Shown here: positions 32,007-50,159 of the stretch, in pieces
Numbering within the stretch: the first letter of the stretch is position 1
Layout of the letters: every line of letters begins with the position of its first letter
DNA from: the human T2T-CHM13v2.0 reference genome, Homo sapiens
Assembly (NCBI RefSeq): GCF_009914755.1
Contig: NC_060936.1
Direction: 5' to 3' (one strand)
DNA: 64,000 nt
Made by a program: the position numbers and the translations under genes
The notes under the pieces: generated by a model
What the model saw: the letters and a program-made list of their open reading frames with translations, nothing else
What the model was told of the DNA's origin: nothing
Database searches by the model: none

Positions 32007-32736
32007 CTGTCTTCTGTGATCGTAGATGTGGCACAGTCCCTGTGGAGACCCTCACTTCTTTGACCGTCTTGTTTTGCTCTTGCCTGGGTAGGCTGGAGAT
32101 TGCCTATAGCAAGAAATGCTGCACAGGTGCAAGGTGAGTCCACCCGTCATCACAACTTCTTTAGAAAAGTCAGTCTACCACTGGTGTTTGTTGCTTTGGC
32201 CGCAAACCACCAGTATAACTGCCTTGGTCCTCGGAATTGAGGGAATCACCCAGCTTTCTTGACTTTGTGTACAGAGGATGAGGACAGGGCTGGAATGGTA
32301 TGGCACAGCTTTGGAAAGGGACATGTGGGTCTGTTATGTTTCTTTTTAGCCCACTGCCTGATGTCTCTTTCAATCTTCATTTCCTTTGGTCCTTCACTTC
32401 TTAGGTTTGTGTGCCCCTCTAAGAGTGGTGCAGCTTCAATTACACGTAGGTAATTTCTAGTTTAATGTCAGGGTCATTGTTTTGATCCGTCCTCCCAGAA
32501 AGTCTCATCATTCCTCTCCGAGAAGTTCTGGAGTAAAAGCTCTTCTTGTCATGTCAGTTCCCAGAGTCTGAACAGATCTTGTTCTAAGATCCAATGCTCT
32601 GTCCCTGCCCTCCATCCTGCATTCTGCTATCCTGAGGGCATTCAGAGCTCTTTTGTGTGCAGCTGACCCTCAAGAGTGAGTCCCCAAGAATTGCTGTGGT
32701 AGGTATCAGGCAGATAAACCTCCAATGGTTCAGTAA

Positions 32737-32739
<3 letters not shown>

Positions 32740-32793
<54 letters not shown>
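32740..32793. repeat. (TA)27 in an Alu tail
   Basis: Seen directly. Confidence 0.95.
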
Positions 32794-32802
<9 letters not shown>

Positions 32803-33075
32803 GAGATAGGGTCTTGCTGTGTCACCCAAGCTGGAGTACAATGCTACAATCTTGGCTCATTGCAACCTCCACTTCCCGGGCTCAAGTGATCCTCCCACCT
32901 CAGCCTCCTGAATAGCTGGCACTACAGGCAGGCATGACCATACTTAGCTAATTTTTTAGTAGAGACAGGGTCCCACTATACTACAGGCTGGTGTCAAACT
33001 CTTGGGCTCAAGCAATTCTCCCTCCTTGACCTCCCAAAGTGCTGGGATTACAGGCATGAGCCACTGCACCTGGCC
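32794..33075 (-). mobile_element. AluJ
   Basis: GGGCTCAAGTGATCCTCCC; TSD TAACACTAT. Confidence 0.92.
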
Positions 33076-33139
33076 CCATAACACTATTTTAAACAGTATT
33101 AGAAGGTGGCTAAAACTGAGAAGGAGAGAGCAAAAATAT

Positions 33140-33575
33140 TTTACTAATATAAGCTCAAGAGTACTTATTCTAAACAAACCTAGTTTCTATCCATAGAAGG
33201 CTGGTTAAATAAACCACAATATTATCACATGATGGAATATTAACAGCTATAAAAAGAATGAGGAACTTTAAAAATATATTGATATGGAAAATTATCCAAT
33301 GTATACTGCTATGTGGTGGGGGAAAGGCTCAAAATGGTGTGTATAGCATGCTTCCTTTTCGCCTAAAGGGGAAGAACAACAATAATGTTCATTTGCATGT
33401 GTCCATATTTGCATAAAGAAATACCAAGAGAATACATGGGGCAATTTAACAACGATTACCTCTGGCAGAGGGGAGATGGAAAAGGGTAGAGAAGGCTGAC
33501 ATGGAGGATTGACATTAACTTTAAACTTCTTTATTGTTTCGATTTTTGTACCATATAAATTGCATTACCTAGTCC
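33140..33575 (+). mobile_element. L1ME-type 3' region
   Basis: TGGTTAAATAAACCAC...ATGGAATATTAACAGCTATAAAAAGAATGAGG. Confidence 0.65.
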
Positions 33576-33648
33576 AAAACAATGTTGGTGGAGAAAGGAT
33601 TCATACTTTGCCTAATTTGATTAAAGAATAGCACAAGAAGAAAACTCA

Positions 33649-33995
<347 letters not shown>

Positions 33996-34658
33996 TTAAA
34001 TTGCCTGGAGTAACCCCAATATGAACAAACTTGAAAATAATATGAAGGAGGCTAGGCAAAGGGGAATGCTACATCACTGTTTCCAAGAATCCGAAGGATG
34101 TGTGCCTGAGGCGAGAGCTGGAAGAAACAGGCTTCTCTAACCTGAAGGATTACAGTAGTCTTGAAGACTTGTGAGAATGGGTTTCCCATCTGGCCTTGGA
34201 ATCTCACACTCTGATTTATGTGAATTTTGTCTGACCTTCTGGACCCATGATTCCATGAAAGTTATTCCAGTGCAGATGCTCCTTGACAGTGAGAAAGAGG
34301 TCTCTAGCTGTGTTTCTGAGCATCCCAATCAAGGGTGCAGGGCAGTGGGTCAGAAGCTGTGCTCTGTGGTTCAGGGGGCTTGCAACTTGGGTATTAACCC
34401 TGGACATGGTGAAATCAATTGTACTCATTAAATTAGCATTCCTGTCCACTCTTTAGATAGATAGTAACTTCTCAAGACCAGGGCATACGCATCTTACTCA
34501 TTTCAGTTAGTACTTGTTGAATGAATGAATAAATATGAAATACACTTTATTTGCAAATTGTTTGAAAAAGTATTTGCAATAAGTATTCAAAATTTTTTTA
34601 TCTGAAGCAATGAAGGCTCCATCCAGGCATTTCTAACACTGGAAAGATGATATTGTTG

Positions 34659-34672
34659 CCAGTAGAGGGCAG
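34659..34672 (+). promoter_or_regulatory. CTCF consensus motif
   Basis: CCAGTAGAGGGCAG matches CCASYAGRKGGCRS at 14/14. Confidence 0.6.
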
Positions 34673-34705
34673 TGGTGCCTTTATCAATTAATAAAAGAGA
34701 GCGGG

Positions 34706-34708
<3 letters not shown>

Positions 34709-34772
<64 letters not shown>
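34709..34772. repeat. (GT)32 microsatellite
   Basis: Seen directly; flanked by an 18-bp direct repeat. Confidence 0.97.
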
Positions 34773-34775
<3 letters not shown>

Positions 34776-36784
34776 ATTTTAAAAATCTAAACAATTAATG
34801 TATTATCAATTAATAAAAGAACATGCGCACACACTCACACACCCACACACCTCTCTATTCTTTCTTTCCCAAATTAGCTTCTTCCTATTGTTTCATCAAG
34901 ACAGAAGGACCTGTACATATAGTTCAGTGATGGGCAGTTGAGGTCATAGTCATTGACCACAAAGCCCCCTTGGCCAACTTGGTAAACCCACTGTGTGCTG
35001 GAATGAACTTGAATTCTACATCAATACCTTCTTAATAACACTCAGAAATTGTGGGGACTGTTTTCAGGGAAAAGAAGATACCAACCTCCTTCCTTCTTCT
35101 CTCTCAGGGCCTCTGACCCACCCCTCTGTCTCCTACAGGGTCCACATCTAATCATGGGAATCAGGGGTAGCCTCTGCAAGACCTGAGTTCTTCCCGAGTG
35201 GCGAAAGCAGGCAGGGACATGCAAAGGGCCGTGACTGCAGGCTGCTCAAATATTTCAGGGTACAAAGAAGCAGCTGTCAAGCCAGTGTGGCTCAGTGAGG
35301 GAGAAACAAGTCAGCCTGAAAATTACCTGTGCTGATTCTTGCCATAGACGATTTCTCATCCCCCTGCAGCTCCTTGTACCCAACCTACCACGTTCAAATC
35401 AGCACCAGATGTTGTTGCCCTGAATTCCTTTCATCAAAAACTCTGGGAAATATGACTTTCTGCTCTAGAGCAGTAAACTGGTGCTCCATAGACCTTGGGA
35501 AAGTCCTTCACCCTTGAGTTCTTCTGGATTTCGGTTACTCAATCTGATGCATAGGACAATTAAATTCACCAGTTCACCGCTTCCAAACCAGATGTTGTGT
35601 GTGCACAGCCCACATGGACTGCTAGGTGCCCATGTTGAGTGCCTCCGTGTGCTTGAAGGGCACATGTCAACAGATTGAGGAGCCACATGGTGTCTCGCAG
35701 AATGCAAATGGTGGCCCACTAAGACCAAATGAATTCCAGAAAGTCAGGTATATGTAAAGTCAGATTAGACCTAAGTGGGTAGAGTGTAGAATGGAATGGA
35801 ATGAGGGCATGAAGAGGTGTCAGAAGGAAAGGGAGGATCGCTGCAGTATTCAAATAAAAATCATCCACTATCTTAGTGTAACTCCTTGCAAAGTGCTTCC
35901 ATGCCCAGCATCTCACTAAAACCTCAGGCTGGATGGTAATGTAGGCCAGGGCATGGTGCTCCCCATTTTAAAGAGAAATTGTTGCAAACACAGGTTAAGT
36001 GACCTCCCCACGTTGACACAACTCACTTATGTCAGAGCCAGTTCTCCTGGGTCCATCCTTTCTATTTCTAGGAATGAGTATAGGTTGCTTTTGGAAATAA
36101 ATAAGATTTCCATGTTTCACATAGCAAGGACACAAAGTTCAGTTTGGAGGACCTGGGAAAGGCCTTTAAAGTGGGAGGCCCCCACAGGCACACCAGATCG
36201 CCGCCAAGCACTGTCAGTAGGAAGGCGCTCGCTAGAGGTGAGCCCATGCTGTCACAGAGCTGAAAGGAAGAGAAGAAAAAGGAGAAGCCATCAGTCTCAC
36301 TTTTCAGAGGTACAGATCAGGAGCTGTTTGGTGTTTAGGGTTCATTTTACTCCAACACTGCAAATAACTACAACCCTACATACGCTGAGTCCAGAAGAAG
36401 TTATGCAAAGGAGTAGAGGGTACGAAGTAAGTGTCATCTACTGCCCTCCTCCTCCGCAGTAATGAACACACCTCTCCTCTCCCTGGTGTTAGATGGGTCT
36501 TCACAAACAGTAATTATTGGGAGCCAAGGATTACTGCTGAGAGCACTGGCTTATCGTTGACCTGAAAGAGGTGGAAGGACAGGTGTACCCTGCGGCAGGA
36601 AGCCACTCTAAACGTAGGTGTGGTCGCTACCACTGTCTGTGGCTGGTACAAATCTCTGTCCTGAAGATATTTTAGAAACACTGTGAGACACAGTTGACTG
36701 GGTATATCACTCCTCCCAGGCAAGAAATTACTGAAAATAATAATTATTGTTATATTGTCAATACCTTGGTATATTACATTTCAT

Positions 36785-36975
36785 AGCTTAAAGTTTTCAT
36801 ATGCATCTTTTCTTGCTTGATCCTCAACCATCTAGAATACACACAAGGCAGGATTTATTACTGTTCTTTTACAGACAAGGAAACTGAGACCCAGGGAAGT
36901 GAAGTGGTTTGGCCAAGGTTTTGTAGCTGGTACTTCACTGGGTGGAAACTCAAACATAGGACTTCTGACTCCAAA
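36785..36975 (-). mobile_element. MIR
   Basis: TTTTACAGACAAGGAAACTGAGACCCAGGGAAGTGAAGTGG...CTGACTCCAAA. Confidence 0.8.
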
Positions 36976-39900
36976 TAGTCCCAGCGAGGTTGAGTAGTGT
37001 TGAGTGAAGGAAGGGCCCAGCTGCCACCGTGGGCCTCCAGCCCCTTTGAAGAGCCTCGTTGGATCTGGCTCCTAGAGAAAGGCAGTGCAGAGCTGTCTCT
37101 GTGCAGGCTGAGGCGCCTGGCAGAGCTCCTCATGATTTCAGGAACGTTGCTTGGACTCTCCACTGGAGCATGAGGAAAAGGGAACGGTTGGTTATGAGGG
37201 GTGGAGAGGGGTGCAGAAAGGAATGAAGAAAAAGCATCAAACTGAGTGGTCTCAGAGTCCTGTTCTGACTGTACTGTAGCTTGGGGCAAGCCCCTTCTCC
37301 CTGAGCCTCAGGTTCACCTTGTGTTGAATAAGGTGCTAAAGCAAAGGATTCTAAGGTCCCTCCTAGCTCTCAAGTGTTAGAATGATGACAGGCACACGCG
37401 CACATACAGTGTTGCAACCAGCTTCTGAATTGTAACATTAATTAATTCATTGAGTCATTAAGTAGCTATTGAACATCTATTATGTGCAAAGCAATGCTAG
37501 TGCTTGATAATGGATTAAAGGTGAGCATAGGCTAGATGCAAATTTGGCTTTCAATATAAACCAAGATATTAATGTTGGTATATCAAGCTCTATATACCAA
37601 GAAGAGGGTTGAAAATTTGGAATAGGCTATCAATGCTTTGGGCTTGCAGGAAACACTGAATCTCCACATTAATCCCAGCTATTAGCAAGCTAACAGGGCA
37701 TGTCCTGTTGTACATTAGCTGAACCTAGCTATCTAGAAACACGTGAAAACATGGTGAAACCAAATGCACAGGTTCAATGAATGATTTCACCTACCCAATT
37801 CTTCAGCAATGGCTGCATTTGCCCTTAAGATATAGATCATCCTAAGAGATACCATGTCGTCTGAGCATTCTCGTGCATTAGTGTAGCTGAGTGACTGGAG
37901 AAGAGAAGGGGTTAATAAATGGTGGTTTGCTGAGAAAGATGACTTTATGAGGCCTGGCAGGGTAAACATCTCTCCTGCCCACTTCTGCCTGGTGCCACCG
38001 TGGAATGAGACACTTCCTCCTACTTTCCAATTGCATCTGCCCTCCTAATCCCACCATGTGGCCAGGGTTAAGGGTAGGAGCCAGGAAGGAGAGCCAGCTC
38101 ACCTAAGACACAGAGAGAAGAAGCCAATTGTCCTGGCCCACACAGGAAATCAGAGGCAGGGGCCACAGCCAGCCCTGGAATTCACGAGCTCCAGGCTTCG
38201 CTTCCAGACAGATGTTTGTGTTTCCTCCAATGTTTGTTTAATGCTAGAAACATTTCAGTAGAAACCAGAGAGCTGGCTCCTCTGAAGCTCACCTGTTGCT
38301 TTGGAATGTATTTATTTGTACCTGGGGCCCCCTCTCAGCAGACTGTTCCTTTCCTACAGCCAGAAGGCTGATGTGCTCACGTCACTGTCTCCACAGCAAC
38401 TGACTGTGATATTACAAACAGCAGATTGTGCCTGGAGGTAGATAGCAAATGGTCTGAGCAGGTAAAGTGGGCCAAACAAACTTCCTGTTTCCAGGCAAAG
38501 GTCTCAAAGAACAGTGAAACGTTCCCTCACCCTCCCACCCCCAGACATGCTCTTCTCCAAAGAAACAAATATCTCACAAATTGTGGTCTTGTGTTTTTTT
38601 CCTCTCATTATTCGTGCAAAGGGAGGCAAAAGCATTTCTGCTTTCCTTACTGATTACCCCCACCCCATATCTCTGCCTCTAATTTACCCATAAATTAAAA
38701 ACAAAGAAGGAACTCTTGCTCCTCTTGGCATGGTTATGACCTTGGTATTTAAATATGCATTGCAGTCATGGTGGTAGCGAATCATCGCGGGTCTACATTG
38801 CGTTGTCCTCAAAGGAAAAGAAAAACTGAAATAATGGAAAACCATGCCTTCACTAGTCAACACATCTATTTACCACGAAGCCCAGGGTGGCAGGGCCCTC
38901 CTCATAGTTTGACTCCAGTGTCCCCGAGAGCTTGACCACCAGTTTCTGATGATCACCAACCTACTCCACCGCCACTCACTTTCATTTGCTCTGTGATGTT
39001 TTCCATGTCACTAAGCTTACAGCAACCTCTTGCACCGTGACATTCTTCTAAGTCTCTGGAAATAGAATCATGGAGCTCAGAGGAAGTGGACATGACCAGA
39101 AGGTGTATGCCAATCCAAGCTCTCCCCTTGTCTCCCTGACATCACCTACCTATGACTTCTATGTCCTCTGCCAGGGCATGACCACAGCTGGCTGAGCATT
39201 CTCAGTTGAGGTTTTGAGCCTTCAACTCCAAGGCACTCAAGGAACTGAGCTAAGATGTTGCAGTACCAACTGAAATCTAAGTCTGTCTCTAACTCAGAAA
39301 CTGAGTGCTTACCTTGTCTTCTTCCTTTAGCTTTAGACGATTAAAACATCCCTCAAAACACCTGGATTTCCTACAGAATACACTCTTGCCTATAGCCAAC
39401 ACCTCTAATATCCATATTCTTGGGAGGGGGTGGTTAGTCATCACACTGCAAAGATGGGGACATCTTACAATTGGTTTGGAGAAAGAGCAAACCTGAAGAA
39501 GGCTTTTCTGTCCCCAACAGTCCTGCATGTCTGACTCTTTCCCATCCTGCAAGACCACAGAGGCCACCTGCTCCACAAAACACACCTGGTAGGGAGCTCT
39601 TCTCCCTCTGCAGACCCATAACACCTTATACAAACTTCATGTTCACAGCTAAACATCACCTTACATTCCCTACTAGACCTTATAAGCTACTTAAGAACAG
39701 AGTCTATGTCTGATCATCTTTTCATCCTCTTTTGCCTTGAACATAATAGCTGCTTAATAAATTAGGGTAAATGAATAAATGTCAATAATGCAATGGACTG
39801 TGTGTGTCTTCATTACCTGGACTATTTCCACCCACCCTCTCCTTTCACTCCTTAAAGGGATCTTATGCATGCCTTCATCACCTGAAGGGGCCATTTTATA

Positions 39901-40072
39901 CCCAGCTGTACTGTAAGCCTCCCCTCCCTACCATAGCCTAGCCAAACTTTCAGTCATTCCTTATTATCCTAGGTGAGGCATGGGGGTTAATGCCACCCAA
40001 GCAGTTGCTTGTGGGCAGTGACTTCCCCAAACAGGTATTTATTCTATTTTTCAGTCAATACAAACAGAGACC

Positions 40073-40267
<195 letters not shown>

Positions 40268-40420
40268 TAGGATTCTAGAAACTATCTTTGAACCTTAGGC
40301 AAGAGATCTACTCTTCCAAGATTACTTGATCTTTTCTTCCACACAAATCAAAGTTTTGCCTAATCTAGCATATCTCTAGAATGGACTATTTCCTTCTATA
40401 TGCACCACAAACTGTCTACT

Positions 40421-41200
<780 letters not shown>

Positions 41201-42791
41201 CCTGACCTGACTTTTTGCCCTGAATGGTTAATTTTCCATCTCTGAGGGATGAGTTTCCTTTTTCCTCAATGGTCAGGGTAGGCAGAATATCTCTGTCTAC
41301 CTTTGCTTCTCATAGATAAAGAGCTTAGATAGGTCTGGGGAACTCTAAGGTATGGCAGGGTCAGATGACTTTCCCACCACACACAGCAAATAAAGCCCAG
41401 ACAGGAATGACACACAGTGGTCCCGACTCTCTCTTGAGGAGGCTCAGCTGGGTCTGAGTCAGGAGCAGAGGCCATCCCTCTCACTGCGCTGATGAATGCC
41501 AGGATAAAGAGAGGCATGGGAGTCCTGGCCAAAAGCAACCTCAGGAACCTGTAGATAAGAAATCTGTGCCCAGTGGCACTGGGCTCCAGTGTGCTCATTC
41601 CAGCCACAGCACAAGGACCTGTAGCAGGCCTCCCTGGTGCCATCTTGCCTTTCAGGGCACCATCATCCTCTCAGGGCAAGAACAGCACCTCCTGGACTAG
41701 CCAACCGCCCCCACATAGCACCACAGGCTCCTGCCACCTGGCAGGTAGCTTGGGACCATGAGAGGCAAACCATGTGACTGCACCCATTCTTGGGGGCCCT
41801 GGGCTTCCAGGCAAGCCAATCCCTGTCTGGGCTGGTAGCTGTGTGCAGACTTTCCTGTTATCGTCTTGAATCTGGCCCGGCCCCTCCAGCTCTCTAATGC
41901 TGCCTATCTGAGTGGGGCCTGCCCTCCCACTAATGTTTTCTCCTCCACAGGGCCTCGGGAAAGGTATTTGGCCTGGCAGTTTGCCTGCCTCCTCTCCCAG
42001 GGTGCTGGGGCCTCTGAACATCCCACAGACTGTGGGGTGATGGTTCCAGCTTTGAAACGTCTTGTACACATAGGGTGTAGTACCGTGGGGAGGCTAGGAT
42101 ATGCCAGCTGCAGGACTACCTTGGGCTGGAAGGCAGGGTGCCTGGGTTCTATTCAGGGTTGATGGCCCCATAAGACAAGAGGGACACTATCCTACCTAAG
42201 ATGCCCTTCTGGGGAACAGGGTGGTACCTATTCAATGGGGTATATGGAAGCTCTCCAGGTATCTACCCTTCAGATGAATTCTCCCTTCCACAAACAAGAT
42301 GACCACCTCCTGTCTTCAGACAAGTAAATTATTCTTATTGCCATTTCACAGGTGAGGCTGTTAAGGCCCAACTATGAGGACGGGGTACAATTTCCCATTC
42401 CGTCTATATATTCTCGCACAGCTAATACAACCTCCCTAAAGGGGACACTGGGACCACTGCCAAGTCCAGCACTAGTGCTGGATCTGCAATGTTGAATTCT
42501 CCTTTTTTCTGAAAAGTCCAGAGTCAGAGGTTTAACCTTTAAGGAGAGTTAACCTTCTTCATTATCAAGCAGAGTCACCGTTCCCCTCCTCCTCCTCCTT
42601 CTCCTTTTCTTCTTCTTCTTCTTCCTGAAAATGCTTTTCTTTAAAAATGAAATATTCTACCACAGGCCTGAAGTCTTCTATCCTTTCCCCATGTCCTGCT
42701 CCCCACTCTTCTCCCCAAAGGCAACACCATTGCCAATTTGGAGTGTGTCTTCCTGGTTCCCATCCACACAGCCACCCATGGGTGTGCGTGA

Positions 42792-43154
<363 letters not shown>

Positions 43155-43831
43155 AAGAAATGGTTTTGATGGCACACTCTTTGCACCAGATATAGACAGT
43201 TTTTTCCCTCTTCCTTTCTCTCCTCAAAGAATCCTCTAACAACGGGTTCACTGCAATCCTTACTCTACTCTAATTGCGTTCTCTCTTTCACCATCCTCTG
43301 CACACCCCAAACAAAGGGGTCCTGGGAGAGACAGCCCTGGTGAGGAGAATAAGCAGGCAACAGTCCAGTGGCTGGGGAGGAAGCCTTTCCCGGGCAGTGG
43401 CAGAGAACCACAGAGGACTGAGCTCTTGCAAAATAATCTCCAGGGACCAGGCTTCATGGGAATGCTCCCAGCTGGCTTTGGAGACATTATCCCAGGCTGG
43501 AGAAGGACCGAACAACCCTTCTTTCCAGACAGGCAATATCAGATGTGGAAAAGTGAATTTGCTTGAGGACATTCTTACTTCTATACCAGTTAGGATCTTG
43601 CCAGACTCTGCAGAGAAACTGCCTGCTATGGAACCTGGTATGATTGAGCCTCTCTTTTGGTTTTAGGAAAATAAGGTGAAAGAGATCATTAATGGTTAGC
43701 ATTAGCATGCCCGGGTTCTGCTCTTCTCGCACAGTTAGACCTTAATTAAGAACTTCCTGTCTTGTATTGTCTCCATATGAAACAGGAATGGGGAATAGAT
43801 ATTATTCTTCCCCTGAGATTTATAAGTTTAT

Positions 43832-44144
<313 letters not shown>

Positions 44145-44214
44145 AAGATTTCTACGTTTAAAAGATTCATATTCTAGAAGGAAAGAGCTAGAAATTAAAG
44201 TAGCAGCACACAAT

Positions 44215-44744
<530 letters not shown>

Positions 44745-46174
44745 ACCTGTTTTGTTTTCTTTGAGAGAGGCATTGTCTTCCTCCAATTCGTTTAATCCAG
44801 TGGACGTCATGCACTGAGAAAAAAATGGAATTATTTCTCCACTCCGAGTCTATGAACTGCCAAAACCCCAATCTCAATGACAGGTTCAAGATACTAAAAA
44901 ACGTTTATAACAATGGTTCATTGAGAAAGCACTGAAAATGAAATGGACAGCTGAGGTAATTTTCCAGATAATCCCCACCCCAAATCGGGTAATGCCTGGC
45001 CTGATTGATCAGGACAGTTGCCTCAGGTCTCTGCTCCATCTTGCCCTCTGCAGCCTAGTTGTTTCACAAATACTTTGCTTAATTAAAAAATATATATATA
45101 TATATAATGTTGATTCATTATGTATTTTAGACTGTATCAGGTAGCTCAAAGATTCTCTCTCTGAAGAACAGGAAATGGTTGTGTCTGTTACTCAAATGCT
45201 AATTTGTAATAGAAGTCCCAAACAATAATCATAATATCATCACTAACAATTGTCTTTGCAAAAGCCAAAAATGTAGCCCTGTCTATTGCCTTGTTTGTTT
45301 TTACTGTGTTTCTAATGAAGGGCCCAGGGGCGTATATGAGTACTACCAATTTGCAAGGAGAAAAGTGAAGGTCACCAGAGTGGTCCATGGACACACAGCG
45401 AAGCTATGTTCAAATGTGAACCACGATTCAAAGCTCCAGATCCCCCAAGAACCACTCTCAAGTGTGTTTAAAGAAGTTTAGAGTCGTCTCCTCTTCCTTC
45501 AGGGTGGGTCCAGCCTCAGGAGAGCCAGCTCATACCCTGACCCCGGTATAAGTTCAGGAATGCTGGAGGACCACACTTGCCCCCTCTCTACCCGCTTCAG
45601 CCAAAAGAATTCCTCCCACTTAGATACCTGAAGTGATTCACTCCTTGGAGGGCTCCCAATCACAGGTCCAAAGATGATCTGGGGCTGGTTGCATCAAACC
45701 CACTGAGTCAGCCTTGGGTGGAACCCAGGGATTCATATTTATTAAAAGCTGCCCAGGTGACACACAGCTAGATTTTAGAACCATGGCTTTAGAACTGAGC
45801 CTTGCCTTCCCAGCTATCCTAATTTGAAAATGCAGGACTCCTAGGAGGAATAAGCCGTGAACTGGACAGAACATAAATGTAAAATTTCCCTAGTCTTGAG
45901 AGACGGCTGTCCGTAAAAGTGCTCCCTGATCAAATCTGTTCAGCCATGCTAATTACACTTTTTGCCTTCTTGGAGATCCACCGTTCATATCAGCATAGTA
46001 AAAGCTCTTATAATTCTTAATAAAACCTGGTTGGCAGAGCATTTCCAAAACATATTTGATATAGAAACTTTTCCCCCTAACATTTGTTAATATTCCATAG
46101 GACACACTTTGAGGAGTGCTGACATTGTGTAAACCATTTTAACACCTTTTCCTCTGGGTAACCTGGAAAAGTAA

Positions 46175-46865
<691 letters not shown>

Positions 46866-47273
46866 GGGAACAGCTCAATTTTAAGGTTTTATGCGATACT
46901 GTGTAGAAAAATCCCACTGATGTGAATGCAAACTTTATATATTTTCCTGATAAAGTGAGTCTTTACACATCAAAATTATTTCTGTTAGAAAAGTAATATG
47001 CAATTTTAAGTGGCTTTAGAGTTTACAAAGTCCTCAATATGTTGATATAATTCTTGTAGGTATTAAAATGAGTATTAATAGTTTTATTTTATGACAAGAA
47101 TACCGACATTCAGTAAGCTTAAACAACTCATTTGAGAACTGAAAGGGGCTCAAAAACAAGCTAGTCCAATGACTCCTAAGCCTAACTCAGAAAATTCAGT
47201 GCCCTTGTTAACATCATAGGTTCCTAGAAATTCTGCTTCTGTAGGTCTTGGGAAGGCACAGGAACCTATCCAT

Positions 47274-47572
47274 TTTTTTTTTCCTTTTTTGAGACAGGGT
47301 CTCACTCTGTTGCCCAGGCTGGAGTGCATTCCCATTGCAGCTCACTGCAGCCTCAACCTCTCAGGCTCAGGTGATCCTCCTACCTACCCAGTCACCCAAG
47401 TAGCTAGGCCTACAGGCATGCATCACCATGTCTGGCTAATTTTTGTATTTTTAGTAAAGATGGGGTTTTGCCAAGTTGCCCAGGCTGGTCTTGAACTCCT
47501 GAACTCAGGCAATCCACCTGCCTTGGAGTCCCAAAGTGCTGGAATTACAGGCCTGAGCCACTGTGCCTGGCT
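47274..47572 (-). mobile_element. AluJ
   Basis: CTGCAGCCTCAACCTC; TSD GGAACCTATCC. Confidence 0.91.
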
Positions 47573-48305
47573 GGAACCTATCCTTTTAATTAACCAGGTG
47601 ACTCTGATACTGCCTGTCAGTAGACCTACCTTTGGGTCTAATCCTCTCTTTTTCCATTGAGAAACCTAAGGCCCAGAAAGTTAAACTGAAGGACCTGAAA
47701 TCACAGAGCCAGGACTCACAGATCTTTCTCATTCTAAGTGTACTTCTATAGCCCCTGAATCCTTAATGCCTCACATTGGAGCCAGGAAAGTCATGATAGC
47801 TCACGGAGGTCCATGGAAAATATTCAATTAGCACATCTGGAGGTAAGACATAAAGGTACTTGAAGAGTCAGCTAATCTTTACAAACTGTCGGAGCCACAT
47901 CTGTCCAATATTCCTACGACAACATCAGGAGATGGATCAAATCATTTTCCTATATGAACAAAGTAAAATTCTCACATTTGACATGTAATTATTTTCCTTC
48001 AAAAGCTGACTTGGTCTCTCAAAATCTGCCTCCACGCTTAAACCTTTCAGAAATCCCTCCTAGAATCCTCCAGCCCAACTCCTAACTCTTCCTTTGATCT
48101 CACCCCTCTTCAGCAGCTGTGCATCCAGTTGCCCTTGATGTGTTTTTGCTGACAGGTTGACCGTAAATGTTTCTGAGACCTGTTCATAAGGTCAGAGGCC
48201 ATAAGAACTTGTGGAGTCTCCAGCCTTCTCTACAGGTAAAATTATGTCTTTTCATTACTGTGGATTGGCCCGCACTGGGTCTATACAATGTTAATAAATG
48301 TGGTC

Positions 48306-48634
<329 letters not shown>

Positions 48635-49044
48635 TCAGCTGTACAGAAAAAACTCTGGCTGAGAGACGGGAACCCTAGATCAGATCCCTGCTCTGCCACT
48701 AACTCACTGGTTGCCTTCAGGCAGGTAATTTCAACACTTTGTGCTTCAATGTCCTCATCAATAATTGAGTGAATAAGACTAGATCAATATTTCCCAAGAC
48801 ATGTTCCAAAGGACGGTTGCTAAGGAGGTTGATGGTTGTTGTAAGAAAACAGCACTCTGTGGTTAAGGCGGCTGGTGCAGGACATCTCAGAGCCTCTAAT
48901 GTGCATTCTGAATCTCCACTGGGGGCTTGGCCGACACAGAACCCTTTTTTAGGAGGTACCGCATTAGGTTAATGTTCTACAAAACTCACTTGGCCAGAGG
49001 CTGGCAAGAATGAGCTCCAGGGTCGCTTACAGGATAAAGAGATG

Positions 49045-49235
49045 TGAATAGCAGAGTAAGCACTGGACAGGAGCTGGGAGACGGGTTCAAAACTCTTCCA
49101 CTTACAAACTGTATGATGGTAGTAAGCACATCAACCTGCCTGAGCCTCAGTTTCCTCATTGTACCTCACAGGATTGTGGTGAAGGTAATGCACAAATGCC
49201 AAACGCATGCTTTGAATAAAATAAGTGCTTAACTT
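49045..49235 (+). mobile_element. MIR
   Basis: GGGTTCAAAACTC...CTGAGCCTCAGTTTCCTCAT...ACCTCACAGGATTGTGGTGAAG. Confidence 0.78.
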
Positions 49236-49342
49236 CTATCAGAACTTGGCTATCTTGCTATCTGGCATTCAATTTTATCAATAGCTTTATCAACAGCTCC
49301 ATTGGATTTCCTTCTGAAACAGCTCTATGCATCCACCCCTAA

Positions 49343-50159
<817 letters not shown>

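Noticed and set aside
35953-36462. 169-aa ATG-initiated ORF
   Set aside because: Begins inside a MIR-like relic and resembles no protein family I know.
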